Of a DNA stretch of 64,000 bases, positions 26,685 to 39,139 are shown in pieces. Under the pieces are notes generated by a model. The model was not told where the DNA came from. It ran no database searches and was given only the letters and a program-made list of their open reading frames with translations. The stretch is from the human T2T-CHM13v2.0 reference genome, Homo sapiens. The translations under genes were made by a program, and so were the position numbers. The DNA lies in assembly GCF_009914755.1 (NCBI RefSeq), contig NC_060944.1; one strand, written 5' to 3'. Numbering within the stretch: position 1 is the stretch's first letter; each line of letters begins with the position of its first letter.

Positions 26685-29649
26685 ACACTCTTTTTGTAGA
26701 ATCTGCAAGTGAATATTTGGAGCGCTTCCAGTCCTATGGTGTTAAAGGAAATATCTTCACATCAAAACTAGACAGAAGCTTTCTGAGAAACTGCTTTGTG
26801 ATGTCTGCATTCATCTCACAGGTTTGAACCTTTCTTTTGATTAAGCAGTTTTGAAACACACTTTTTGTAGAATCTGAAGGTAGATATTGGGAGTACTTTG
26901 GGGCTTATGGTATGAAAGAAAATATCTTCAAATGAAAACTAGACAGAAGCATTCTGAGAAAAAACTTTGTGATGTGTGCATTCGTCTCACTGAGTTGAAC
27001 GTTTCTTTTGATTGAGTAGTTTTGAAATGTACATTTGTAGAATCTACCAGTGGATATTTGGAGTGCTTTGTGGCCTGTGGTGGAAAAGGAAATATCTTCA
27101 CATAAAAACTAGACAGAAGCATTCTGAGGAACTTATTTGTGATGTGCTCATTCAACTCACAGATTTAAACTTTTCTTTTGATTGAACAGTTTGGAAACAG
27201 TCTTTTTGTAGTACCTGCAAATGGATATTTGGAGCGCTTTGGGGCCTGTGGTGGAAAAGGAAATATATACACATGAAAACTAGACAGAAACATTATGAGA
27301 AACTGCTCTGCTATGCGTGCATTCATCAACAGAGTTGAACCTTTCTTTTGATTGAACAGATTTGAAACACTCTTTCTGTAGAATCTGAAGGGGATATTTG
27401 GAGGGCTTTGCAGCCTATGGTGAAAAACGAAATATCTTCACATAAAAACTAGAGAGAAGCATTCTGAGAAAGTGCTTTGTGATGTGTGCATTCATCTCAC
27501 AGAGTTAAACCTTTCTTTTGATTGAACAGTTTTGAAACACTCTTATTGTACAATCTGCAAGTGGATATTTGGAGAGTTTGAGGCCATTGGTGGAAAAGCA
27601 AATATCTTCACATAAAAAACAGACAGAACAATTCTGAGAAATCTCTTTGTGATGCATGCATTTAACTCACAGAGTTGGACCTTTCCTTTGATTGAGCAGT
27701 TTGGAAGCAGTCTTGTTGCAGTATCTGCAAATGGATATTTGGAGCACTTTCAGGTCTATAGTAGGAAAGGAAATATCTTCACATAAAAACTAGACAGAAA
27801 ATTACTGAGAAACTTCTTAGTGATGTGTGCATTCATCTCACAGAGTTGAAACTTTCTTTTGATTGAGCAGTTTGGAAACAGTCTTTTAGTAGAAACTGCA
27901 AGGGGATATTTGGAGCACTTTGCGGTCTTTGGTAGAAAAGGATATATCTTCACATAAAAAATAGAAGCATTTTGAGGAACTTCTTCATGATGTGTGCATT
28001 CATCTCAAAGTGTTGAACTTTTCTTTTGATTGAGCAGCTTTGAAAAACTCTTTCTGCAGAATCTGCAAGTTGGTATTTGGAGTGCTTTGCAGCCTATAGT
28101 AGAAAAGGAAATATCTTCACATAAAACTAGACAGAAGCATTCTGAGAAACTTCTTTGTGATGTGTGCATTCATCTCACAGAGTTGAACCTTTCTTTTGTT
28201 TGAGCAGTTTTGAAACTCTCTTTTTGTAGAATCTTCAAGTGGATATTTTTAGCACTTTGAGGCCTATGATGGAAAAGAAAACATCTTCACATAAAAACTA
28301 GTCAGAAGCTTTCTGAGAAACTTCTTTGAGATGTGTGCATTCAACTCATGGAGTTGAACCTTTCTTTTGATTCAGCAGTTTGTAAACAGTCTTTTTGTAG
28401 TATCTGCAGATTGATATTTGGAGAGCTTTGAGCCCTATGGTGCAAAAGGGAATATCTTCACATAAAAACTAGACAGAAGCATTCTGAGAAACTTCTTTGT
28501 GATGTGTGCATTCATCTCACAGAGTTGAACCCTTGTTTTGATTGAGCAGTGTTGAAACACTCTTTATAGAATCAGCAAGTGGACATTTGTTGTGCTTTGA
28601 GGCCTATGGTGGAAAAGGAAATATCTTCACAGAAAAACCACAAAGAAGAATTCTGAGAAACACCTTTGTGGTGTGTGGTTTCATCTCTCATATTTGAACC
28701 TTTCTCTTTATTGAGCAGTTTGGAAACAATCTTTTTGTAGCATCTGCAAATGGATTTTTGGAGCTCTTTGAGGCCTGTGGTGAAGAAGAAAGTATCCTCA
28801 CATATAAACCAGACAGAAGGATTCCTAGAAACTGCTTTGTGATGTGTGCATTAATCTCACAGATTTGAAACTTTCTTTTGATTGAGCAGTTTTGAAACAC
28901 TCTTTGTGTAGAATCTGCAAGTCGATATTTGGGCGTTTTGTGTCCCATATTGGAAAAGGAAATATCTTCACATAGAAACTTTACAGAAGCATTCTGAGAA
29001 ACTTCTTTGTGATATGTGCATTCAATTCACAGGGTTTAACTTTCTTTTGATTGAGCAGTTTGGAGCCCATCATTTTGTAGAGTCTGTGAAGGGGTGTTTT
29101 TTTTTTCCCATTGAGGCTTATGGGGTAATAGGAAATATCTTCACATAAAAACTAAACAGAAAATTTCTGAGAAAATTCTTTGTGATATGTGCTTTCATCT
29201 CACAGAGTTGAAACTTTCTTTTGATTGGGCAGTTTGGAATCAGTCTTTCTGTAGAATCTGCAAGTTGATATTTGGAGGGCTTTGAGACCTATGGTGAAAA
29301 AGGAAATATCTTCACATTAAAAATATACAGAAGCATTCTGAGAAACTTCTTTGTCTTGTGTGCATTAATTTCGCAGACTTGAACCTTTGTATTGATTGAA
29401 CAGTTTGGAGGCAGTAGTTTTGTAGAATCTGTAGAGGGATATTTTTCAGCCTACTGAGGCTTCTGGGGAAATAGGGAATATCTTCAGATAAGAACTAGAC
29501 AGAAGCATTCTGAGAAACTTCCTTCTGATGTGTGCATTCATTTCACAGAGTTGAACCTTTCTTTTGATTGAGCAGTTTGGAAACAGTCTTTCTGTAGTAA
29601 CTGCAAATGGATATTTGGAGTGCTTTGAGGCATACGTTTAAAAAGGAAA

Positions 29650-30521
29650 AAAAAACAAACAAACAACCCCTTCAAAAAGTGGGCGAAGGACATGAACATA
29701 CACTTCTCAAAAAAATATGTTTATGCAGCCAAAAAACACATGAAAAAATGCCCACCATCACTGGCCATTAGAGAAATGCAAATCAAAACCATAATGAGAT
29801 ACCATCACACACCAATTAGAATGGCAATCATTAAAAAGTCAGGAAACAACAGGTGCTGGAGAGGATGTGGAGAAATAGGAACACTTTTACACAGTGGGTG
29901 GCACTGTAAACTAGTTCAACCATTGTAGAAGTCAGTGTGGCAATTCCTCAGGGATCTAGAACTAGAAATACCATTTGACCCAGCCATCCCATTACTGGGT
30001 ATATACACAAAGGATTATAAATCATGCTGCTATAAAGACACATGCACACTTATGTTTATTGCAACACTATTCACAATAGCAAAGACTTGGATCCAACCTG
30101 AATGTCCAACAATGATAGACTGGATTAAGAAAATGTGGCACATATACACCATGGAATACTATGCAGCCATAAAAAATGATGAGTTCATGTCCTTTGTAGG
30201 GACATGGATGAAATTGGAAATCATCATTCTCAGTAAACTATCGCAAGAACAAAAGACCAAACACTGCATATTCTCACTCATAAGTGGGAATTGAACAATG
30301 AGAACACATGGACACAGGAAGGGGAACGTCATACTCTGGGGACTGTTGTGGGGTGGGGTGAGAGGTCAGGGATAGCATTAGGAGATATACCTAATGCTAA
30401 ATGATGAGTTAATGGGTGCAGCACACCAGGGTGGTACATGTATACATATGTAACTGACCTGCACATTGTGCACATGTACCCTAAAGCTTAAAGTATAATA
30501 ATAATAAAATAAATAAATAAA
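29650..30521 (+). mobile_element. 5'-truncated L1PA3-like insertion (ORF2 C-terminus, 3'UTR, A-rich tail)
   Basis: ORFs 29692..29928 and 29935..30294 encode the L1 ORF2 C-terminus ([14 protein letters not shown]; LELEIPFDPAIPLLGIY). 3'UTR has GCATTAGGAGATATACCTAATGCTAAATGA and a (TAAA)n tail. TSD TAAAAAGGAAA at 29639-29649 and 30522-30532, at a TT/AAAA site. Confidence 0.93.
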
Positions 30522-33500
30522 TAAAAAGGAAATATATTCACATAAAAACTTGACAGAAGCATTCTGAGGAACTTCTTTGTCATGTGTGCATTCATTTCAC
30601 AGAGTTGAAACTTTCTTTTGATTGAGCAGTTTTGAAACACTCTTTTTTTCAGAATCTGCAACTGGATATTTGGTGAACATTGAGGCCTATGGTGGAAAAG
30701 GAAATATCTTCACATAAAAATCAGACACAAGCATTCAGAGAAACTTCTTTGTGATGTGCGCATTCAACTCCCTGTGTTGAAACTTTCTTTTGATTGAGCA
30801 GTTTTAACACACTCTTTTTGTAGAATCTGCAAGTGGATATTTGGAGCACTTTGATGCCTATGATGGAAAAGGAAATATCTTCATATAAAAGCTAGACAGA
30901 AGCATTCTGAGAATGTTCTTTGTGATGTATGCATTCATCTCACTGAGCTGAACCTTTCTTTTTTGAGAAGTATTTAAACACTCTTTTTGTAGAATCTGCA
31001 AGTGGATACTTGGAGTGCTTTGAGGCCTTTAGTGGAAAAGGAAATATCTTCACAGAAAAACTAGACAGAAGCATTCTGAGAAACCTCTTTGTTATGTGTA
31101 CATTCATCTCACAGAGTTGAACCTTTCTTTTGATTGAGCAGTTCAGAAACACTCTTTTTGTAGGATCTGCAAGTGGATATTTGGAGTGATTTGAGGCCTA
31201 TAGTGGAAAAGGAAATAACTTCATGTAAAAAGTAGACAGAAACATTCTGAAAAACTTCTTTGCGATGTGTGCATTTTTCTCACAAAGTTAAACCTATCTT
31301 ACGATTGAGCAGTTTTGAAACACCCTTTCTGTGGAATCTTCAATTGGATATTTGGAGTGCTTAGATGCCTGTGCTGGAAAAGGAAATATCTTCACATAAA
31401 AACCAGCAAGAAGCATTCTGAGAAAGTTCTTTGTGATATGTGCATTCATCTCACAGAACTGAAATTTTCTTTTGATTGAGCAGTTTGGACACAGTCTTTT
31501 TCTCGCCTGCAAATGGATATTTAGAGCACTTTGAGGCCTATGGTGAAAAATGAAATATCTTCCCCTAAAAACTAGGCAGAAGCATTCTGAGAAACTTCTT
31601 TGTGATGTGTGCATTCATGTCACAGAGCTGAAACTTTCTTTTGATTGAGAAGTTTTGAAAAACTCTTTCGTAGAGTGTGCAAGTGGATATTTGGAGCGTT
31701 TTGAGGCCTATGGTGGAAAAGGAAATATCTTCACATAAAAACTAGACAGAAGCATTCTGAGAAATTTCTTTGTGATGTGTGCATTCATCTCATGAAGTTG
31801 AACCATTCTTTTGATTGAGCAGTTTTGAAACACACTTTTTGTAGTATCTTCAATTGGATATTTGTAGAGCTTTGAGGCCTATGGTAGAAAAGGAAACACT
31901 GTCACATAAAAACTAGACAGAGGCATTCTGAGAAACTTCTGCCTGATGGGTGTATTCATTTCATGGAGTTGAACCTTTCCTTGTATTGAACCGTTTGGAA
32001 ACAGTCGTTTTGTAGAATCTGCAGAGAGATATTTTTGAGCCCATTGAGACGTATGGGGTGATAGGAAATATCTTCACATAAAAACTAGACAGAAACTTTC
32101 TGAGAAACTTCTTTCTGATGTGTGCTTTCATCTCACAGATTTGAACTTTTCTTTTGATTGAGCAGTTTTGAAACAGTCTTTTTGTACAATCTACAAGTGG
32201 ATATTTGGGGCACTTTCAGGCCTATGGTGGAAAAGGACACATATTCCCATAAAAACTAGACAGCAGCATTCTGAGAAACTTCTTTGTGATCTGTGCATTC
32301 ATCTCACAGAGTTGAACCTTTCTTTTGATTCAGCCGTTTTGAAACTGTCTTTTTGTAGAATCTGCAAAGGGATATTTGTGAGCCCATTGAGGCTTCTGGG
32401 GAGATAGGAAATATCTTCACATAAAAACTAGACAGATACTTTCTGAGAAACTAGTTTGTCATGTGTGACTTCAACTCACCGGGTTGAAACTTTCTCTTGA
32501 TTGAGCAGTTTGGGAACAGTCTTTTTGTAGAATCTGCAAATGAATATTTGGAGCACTTTTGGCCTATGTTGAAAAATGAAGTATCTTCCCATAAAAACTA
32601 GGGAGAAGTATTCTGAGAAATTTCTTTGTGATGTGTGCATTCATCTCGCACAGTTGAACTTTTGTTTTGATTGAGCAGTGTGGAAACACTCTTTTTGTAG
32701 AATCTGCAAGTGGATATTTTGAGAGCTTTGTGGCCTATAGTGAAAAAGGAAATATCTTCACATAAAAACCAAACAGAAGAATTTGAGAAACTTCCTTTGA
32801 ATGTGCGCATTCATCTCACAGTGTTGAATCTTTTTTTTTGATTGAGCAGCTTCTAAACAGTCATTTTGTAGAATATGCAAAGGAATATTTGTGAGCCCAT
32901 TGATGCCTCTTGGGAAATAGGAATTATCTTCAAATAAAAACTAGACAGAATCTTTCTCAGAAACTTCTTTGTGATGTGTGCATTCATCTCACTGAGTTGA
33001 ACTTTATTTTTATTGAGCAGTTTGGAAACAGTCTTTTTCTAGTATCTGCAAATGGATATTTTAAGCGCTCTGAGGCCTACGGTGAAAAAGGAAATATCTT
33101 CAATATAAATCAGACAGAAGCATTCATAGAAACTTCTTTGTGAGGTGTGCATTCATCTCACAGATTAGAACTTTTCTTTTGATTTAGCAGTTTTGAAACA
33201 CTCTTTTTGTAGAATCTGCAATGTATGTTTGAAGCGCATGAGGAATATGGTGGAAAAGGAATCTTCTTCACATAAAAACGAGACAGAAGTATTCTGAGAA
33301 ACTTTTCTGTGATGGGTGAAAAAGGAAATACGGTGAAAAAGGAAATATCTTCACATAAAATCAGACAGAAGCATTTGTAGAAACTTCTTTGTGACGTGTG
33401 CATTCATCTCACAGATTTGAACCTTTCTTTTGATTGAACAGTTTTGAAACCATCTTATAGCAGAATCTGCAAGTGTATATTTGGAATGCATGTGGAATAT

Positions 33501-34460
33501 GGTGGAAAAGGAATCTTCTTCACATAAAAACTATAAAGAAGTATTCTGAGAAACTTCTTTTTGATGGGTGCATTCATTTCACAGGGTTGAACCTTTCCTG
33601 TTATTGAGCAGTTTGGGAACCATCGTTTTGTGTAATCTGCAAAAGGATACTTGTGAGCCGATTGAGGTCTATGGGGCGATAGGAAATATATTCACATTAA
33701 AACTAGACAGAAACTTTCTGAGAAACTTCTTTGTGATGTTTCCTTTCATCTCACAGAGTTGAAACTTTCTCTTGATTGGACAGTTTGGAAGCAGTATTTT
33801 TGTGATATCTGCAAATGGATATTAACAGCACTTTGATGCCTATGGTGAAAAAGGAAATATGTTCCCATAAAAACTAGGCAGAGGCATTCTGAGAAACTTC
33901 CTTGTGATGTCTGCATTCATCTCACAGAGTTGAACAGTTCTTTTGATTGAGCAGTTTTGAAACACTCTGTTTGTAGAATCCGCAAGGGGATGTTTGGAGT
34001 GCTTAAAGGCCTATTGTGGAAAAGGAAATATCTTCACATAAAAACTAGATAGAATAATTCTGAGAAACTTCTTTGTGTTGTGGGCATTCATCTAACAGAG
34101 TTGAAAGTTTCTACTGATTCAGCAGTTTGGAAGCAGTCATTTTGTAGAATGTCCAGAGGGGTATTTGTGAGCCAACTGAGGCCCATGGGGAAATAGGAAA
34201 TATTTTCACATAAAAACTAGACAGAAACTTTATGAGAAACTACTTTGTGATTTGTTCTTTCATCTCACAGAGTTGAACCTTTCTTTTCATTAAAGAGTTT
34301 GGAAACAGTCTTTTTGTAATATCTGCAAATGGATATTTGAAGGGCTTTGAGTCCTATGGTGAAAAAGTAAATATCTTAACATAAAAACCAGAGAGAAGCA
34401 TTCCTAGAAACTACTTTGTTATGTGTGCATTCATCTCATGGTGTTGTACCTTTCTTTTGA

Positions 34461-34762
<302 letters not shown>

Positions 34763-37080
34763 GATTGAACAGTTTTGAAACATACTTTTTGCAGAATCTG
34801 CAAGGGGATACTTGGAGCGCATTGAGGCCTATGGTGGAAAAGGAAATATCTTCATATAAAAACTAGACAGAAGCATTCTAAGAAACTTCATTGTGATGTG
34901 TGCATTCATTACACCGAGTTGAGCCTTTCTTTTCATTGAGCAATTTGGAAAACATCGTTTTGTAGAATCTACAGAGGGATATTTGTGAGCCCATTGAGGC
35001 CTGTGGGATGATAGTAAATATCTTCACATAAAAACTAGACAGAAACTTTCTGAGAAACTTGTTTATGCTGTGTGTTTTCAACTCACAGAGATGAGCCTTT
35101 CTTTTGATTGAGCAGTTTGAAAACACTCTTTTTGTAGAATCTGTAAGTGGATATTTGGAGCGATTTGTGGTCTATGGTGGAAAAGGAAATATCTTCAAAT
35201 AAAATGAGACAGAAGCATTGTGAGAAACTTCTTTGTGATGTGTGCATTCATTTCACAGAGTTGAATCTTTCTTTTGACTGAGCAGTTTGGCAGCAGTCTT
35301 TTGTAGTATCTGCAAATGGATATTAGCAGCGATTTGAGACCTATGATAAAAAAGGAAATATCTTCCCATAAAAACTAGGCAGAAGCATTTTGAGAAACTT
35401 CTTTGTGATGTGTGCATTTATCTCACAGAGTTAAACATTTCTTTTTATAGAGCAGTTTGGAAACAGTCTTCTTGTAGTATCTGCAAATGGTAATTTGAGT
35501 GCTTTGAGGCCTATGTTGGAAAACGAAATATCCTCATGTTAAAACTACACTGAAGCTTTCTGGGAAACTTCTTTGTGTTGTGTGCATTCATCTCACAGAG
35601 TTGAACCTTTCTTTTGATTGAGCAGTTTTGAAACTCTCTCTTTATAGTATCTGCAAATGGATATTTGGAGCGCTTTGAGGTCTATAGTGGAAAAAGAAAT
35701 ATCTTCACATAAAATCTAGAATGAAGAATTCTGAGAAACTTCCTGGTGATGTGTGCTTTCATCTCACACTGGTGAACCTTTCTTTTGATGTGCAGCTTCA
35801 GTACATTCATTTTGTAGAATCTGAAAGGGAATATTTGTGGGCCCATTGAGGCCTTTGGGGAAATAGGTAATATCTTCACATAAAAACAAGACCGAAATTT
35901 CTGAGAAACTTTCTTGTGATATGTGCATTCATCACACAGAGTTGAACTTTCTTTTGATTGGGTAGTTTGTAAACAGTCATTTGTAGTATCTGCAAATTGA
36001 TATTTGGAGTGTATTGAGTCCTATGGTGAAAAAGGAAATATCTTCACATAAAAATCAGACAGAAGCATTCTGGGAAACTTCTTTGTGATGTGTGCATTCA
36101 TCTCACAGGCTTCAACCTTTCTTTTGATTGAGCAGTTTTGAAAGAGTCTTTTTTTACAATCTGCAAGTGGCCATTTGGAGCACTTTGATTCCTATAGTGG
36201 AAAACAAAATATTTTCACATAAAAATTAGACAGAAGCATTCTGCAAAACTTCTTCCTGATATGTTCATTCATCTCACAGGGATGAAAATTTCTTTTGATT
36301 GAGAAGTTTGGAAAGAGTCGTTTTGTAAAATCTACAAAGGGATATTTGTGAGCCCATTCAGGCCTCTGGGGAAATAGGAAATATCTTCACATAAAAACTA
36401 GACAGAAACTTTCTGAGAAACTTCTTTGTGATGTGTGCTTTCATCTCACAGAGTTGAACCTTTCTTTTGATTGAGAAGTATTGAAACACTCTTTTTGCAG
36501 AACCTGCAAATGGTTATTTGAGCGCTTTGAGATATATGGTGAAAACAGAAATATCTTCATATAAAAATTAAACAGAAGCTTTCTATGAAACTTCTTTGTG
36601 ATGTATGCATTCATCTCACAGAGTTCAACCTTTCTTTTGATTGAGCAGTTTGGAAACAGTCTTTATCTACAATCTGCAAAGGGATATTTGTTAGTCGTTT
36701 GAGGCCTCTGCTTAAGAAGTAATATCTTCACATAAAAACTAGACAGAAGCTTTCGTAGAAAGTTCTTTTTTATGTGTGCTTTCATCTCACAGAGTTGACT
36801 TTTCTTTTGATTGAGCAGTTTGGAAACAGTCTTTTTGTAGTATATGCGGAGTGATATTTGTGAGTGTTTTAAGGACTATGGTGTAAAAGGAAATATCTCC
36901 ACATAAAAACTAGAAAGAAGCTTTCTGAGAACCGTCTTTATGATGTGTACATTCAGCTCAAAAAGTTGAAATTTTTTTTTGATTGAGCAGTTTGGAAACA
37001 GTCTTTTATAGTACCTGCAGAGAGATATTTGTGAGCATTTTGGGGACTGTGGTGAGAAAGGAAATATCTTCACATAAAAC

Positions 37081-39139
37081 CTAGTCAGAAGCATTCTGAG
37101 AAACTTCTCTGTGATGTGTCCATTCATCTGACAGAGTTGAAACTTTGTTTTGATTGAGCAGTTTGGAAACAGTCCTTTTGTAGGATCTGCAAAGGGATAT
37201 TTCTGAGCCCATTAAGGCCTTTGTTGAAAAAGGAAATATCTTCACATAAAAACTAGACAGAAGCTTTCTGAAAAACTTCTTAGTGATGTGTGCTTTCATC
37301 TCACAGATTTGAACCTTTCTTTTGATTGAGCAGTTTGGAAACAGTCTTTTTGTACAATCTGCTAATGGATACTTGGAGCGCTTTGAAGCCTATGGTGAAA
37401 AAGGAAATATCTTCACATTAAAACTAAACAGAAGCTTTCTGAGAAACTTCTTTTTGATGAGTGCATACATCTCACAGAGTTGAACCTTGCTTTTCATTGA
37501 GCAATTTGGAAACAGTCTTTTTGTACAATCTGCAAAGGGATATTTCTGCGAAGTTTGAGGACTGTGGTGAAAAAGAAATATCTTCAGATAAAACCAGACA
37601 GAAGTATTCATAGAAACTTCTTTGTGATGTATCCATTCATCTCACAGAATTGAACCTTTCCTTTGATGGAGCAGTTTGGAAACAGTCTTTTTATAGTATC
37701 TGCAGAGGCATATGTGAGAGTTTAAGCAGTTTAAGGCCTATGGTGAAAAACGAAATATCTTCACATAAAAACTAGGCAGAAGCATTCTGAGAAACTTCTT
37801 TGTGACGAATCCATTCATCTGACAGAGTTGAAACTTTTTTTTGATTGAGCAGTTTGGAAATAGTCCTTTTGTAGGATCTGCAAAGGGATATTTCTGAGCC
37901 CATTGAGGCCTGTGTTGAAAAAGGAAATATCTTCACATAAAAACTACACAGAAGCTTTCTGAAAAACTTCTTAGTGATGTGTACTTTCATCTCACAGATT
38001 TGAACCTTTCTTTTGATTGAGCAGTTTGGAAACAGTCTTTTTGTACAATCTGCAAATGGATACTTGGAGCGCTTTGAGGCCTATGGTGAAAAAGGAAATA
38101 TTTTCACATTAAAACTAAACAGAAGCTTTCTGAGAAACTTCTTTTTGATGAGTTCATACATCTCACAGAGTTGAATCTTGCTTTTCATTGAGCAATTTGG
38201 AAACAGTCTTTTTGTACAATGTGCAAAGGGATATTTCTGCGAAGTTTGAGGACTGTGGTGAAAAAGAAATATCTTCAGATAAAACCAGACAGAAGTATTC
38301 TGAGAAACTTCTTTGTGATGTATCCATTCATCTCACAGAGTTGAACCTTTCCTTTGATGGAGCAGTTTGGAAACAGTCTTTTTGCAGTATCTGCAGAAGG
38401 ATATGTGAGAGCAGTTTAAGGGCTATGGTGAAAAAGGAAATATCTTCACATAAAAACTAGACAGAGGATTTCTGAGAAACTTCTTTGTGATATGTGCTTT
38501 CATCTCACAGAGTTGAACCATTCTTTTGGCTGAGCAGTTTGGAAACAGTCTTTTTGTAGGATCTGCAAAGGGATATTTCTGTTCCCATTGATACCTATGG
38601 TGAAAAAGGACATATCTTCACATAAAAACTAGACAGAAGCTTTCTGATAAACTTCTTAGTGATGTGTGCTTTCATGTCACAAATTTGAAACTTTCTTTTG
38701 ATTGAACAGTTTGGAAACAGTCTTTTTGCAGAATCTGCAAATGGATATTTGGAGCGCTTTGAGGCCTATGGTGAAAAAGGAAATATCTTCACATGAAAAA
38801 TAAACAGAAGCTTTCTGAGAAGCTTCTTTTTGATGCGTGCATACATCTCAGAGTTGAAAGTTTCTTTTCATTGAGCAGTTTGGAAACAGTCTTTTTGTAC
38901 AATCTGGAAAGGGATATTTCTGAGAAGTTGGAGGCCTATATCGAAAAAGAAATATCTTCACATAAAAACTAGACAGAAGTATTCTGAGAAACTTCTTTGA
39001 GATGTATCCTTTCATCTCACAGAGTTGAACCTTAGTTTTGACTGAGCAGTTTATAGACAGCCTTTTGGAGTATCTGCAGAGGGATATCTGAGAGAAGTTT
39101 AAGGCCTATGGTGAAAAAGGAAATATCTTCACATAAAAA
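37081..39139 (+). repeat. Local 4-monomer higher-order-like repeat, three copies
   Basis: Copies start at 37081, 37772 and 38457. ORFs 37081..37299 and 37772..37990 are near-identical. Diagnostic monomer variants occur in the same order in each copy. Confidence 0.85.
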
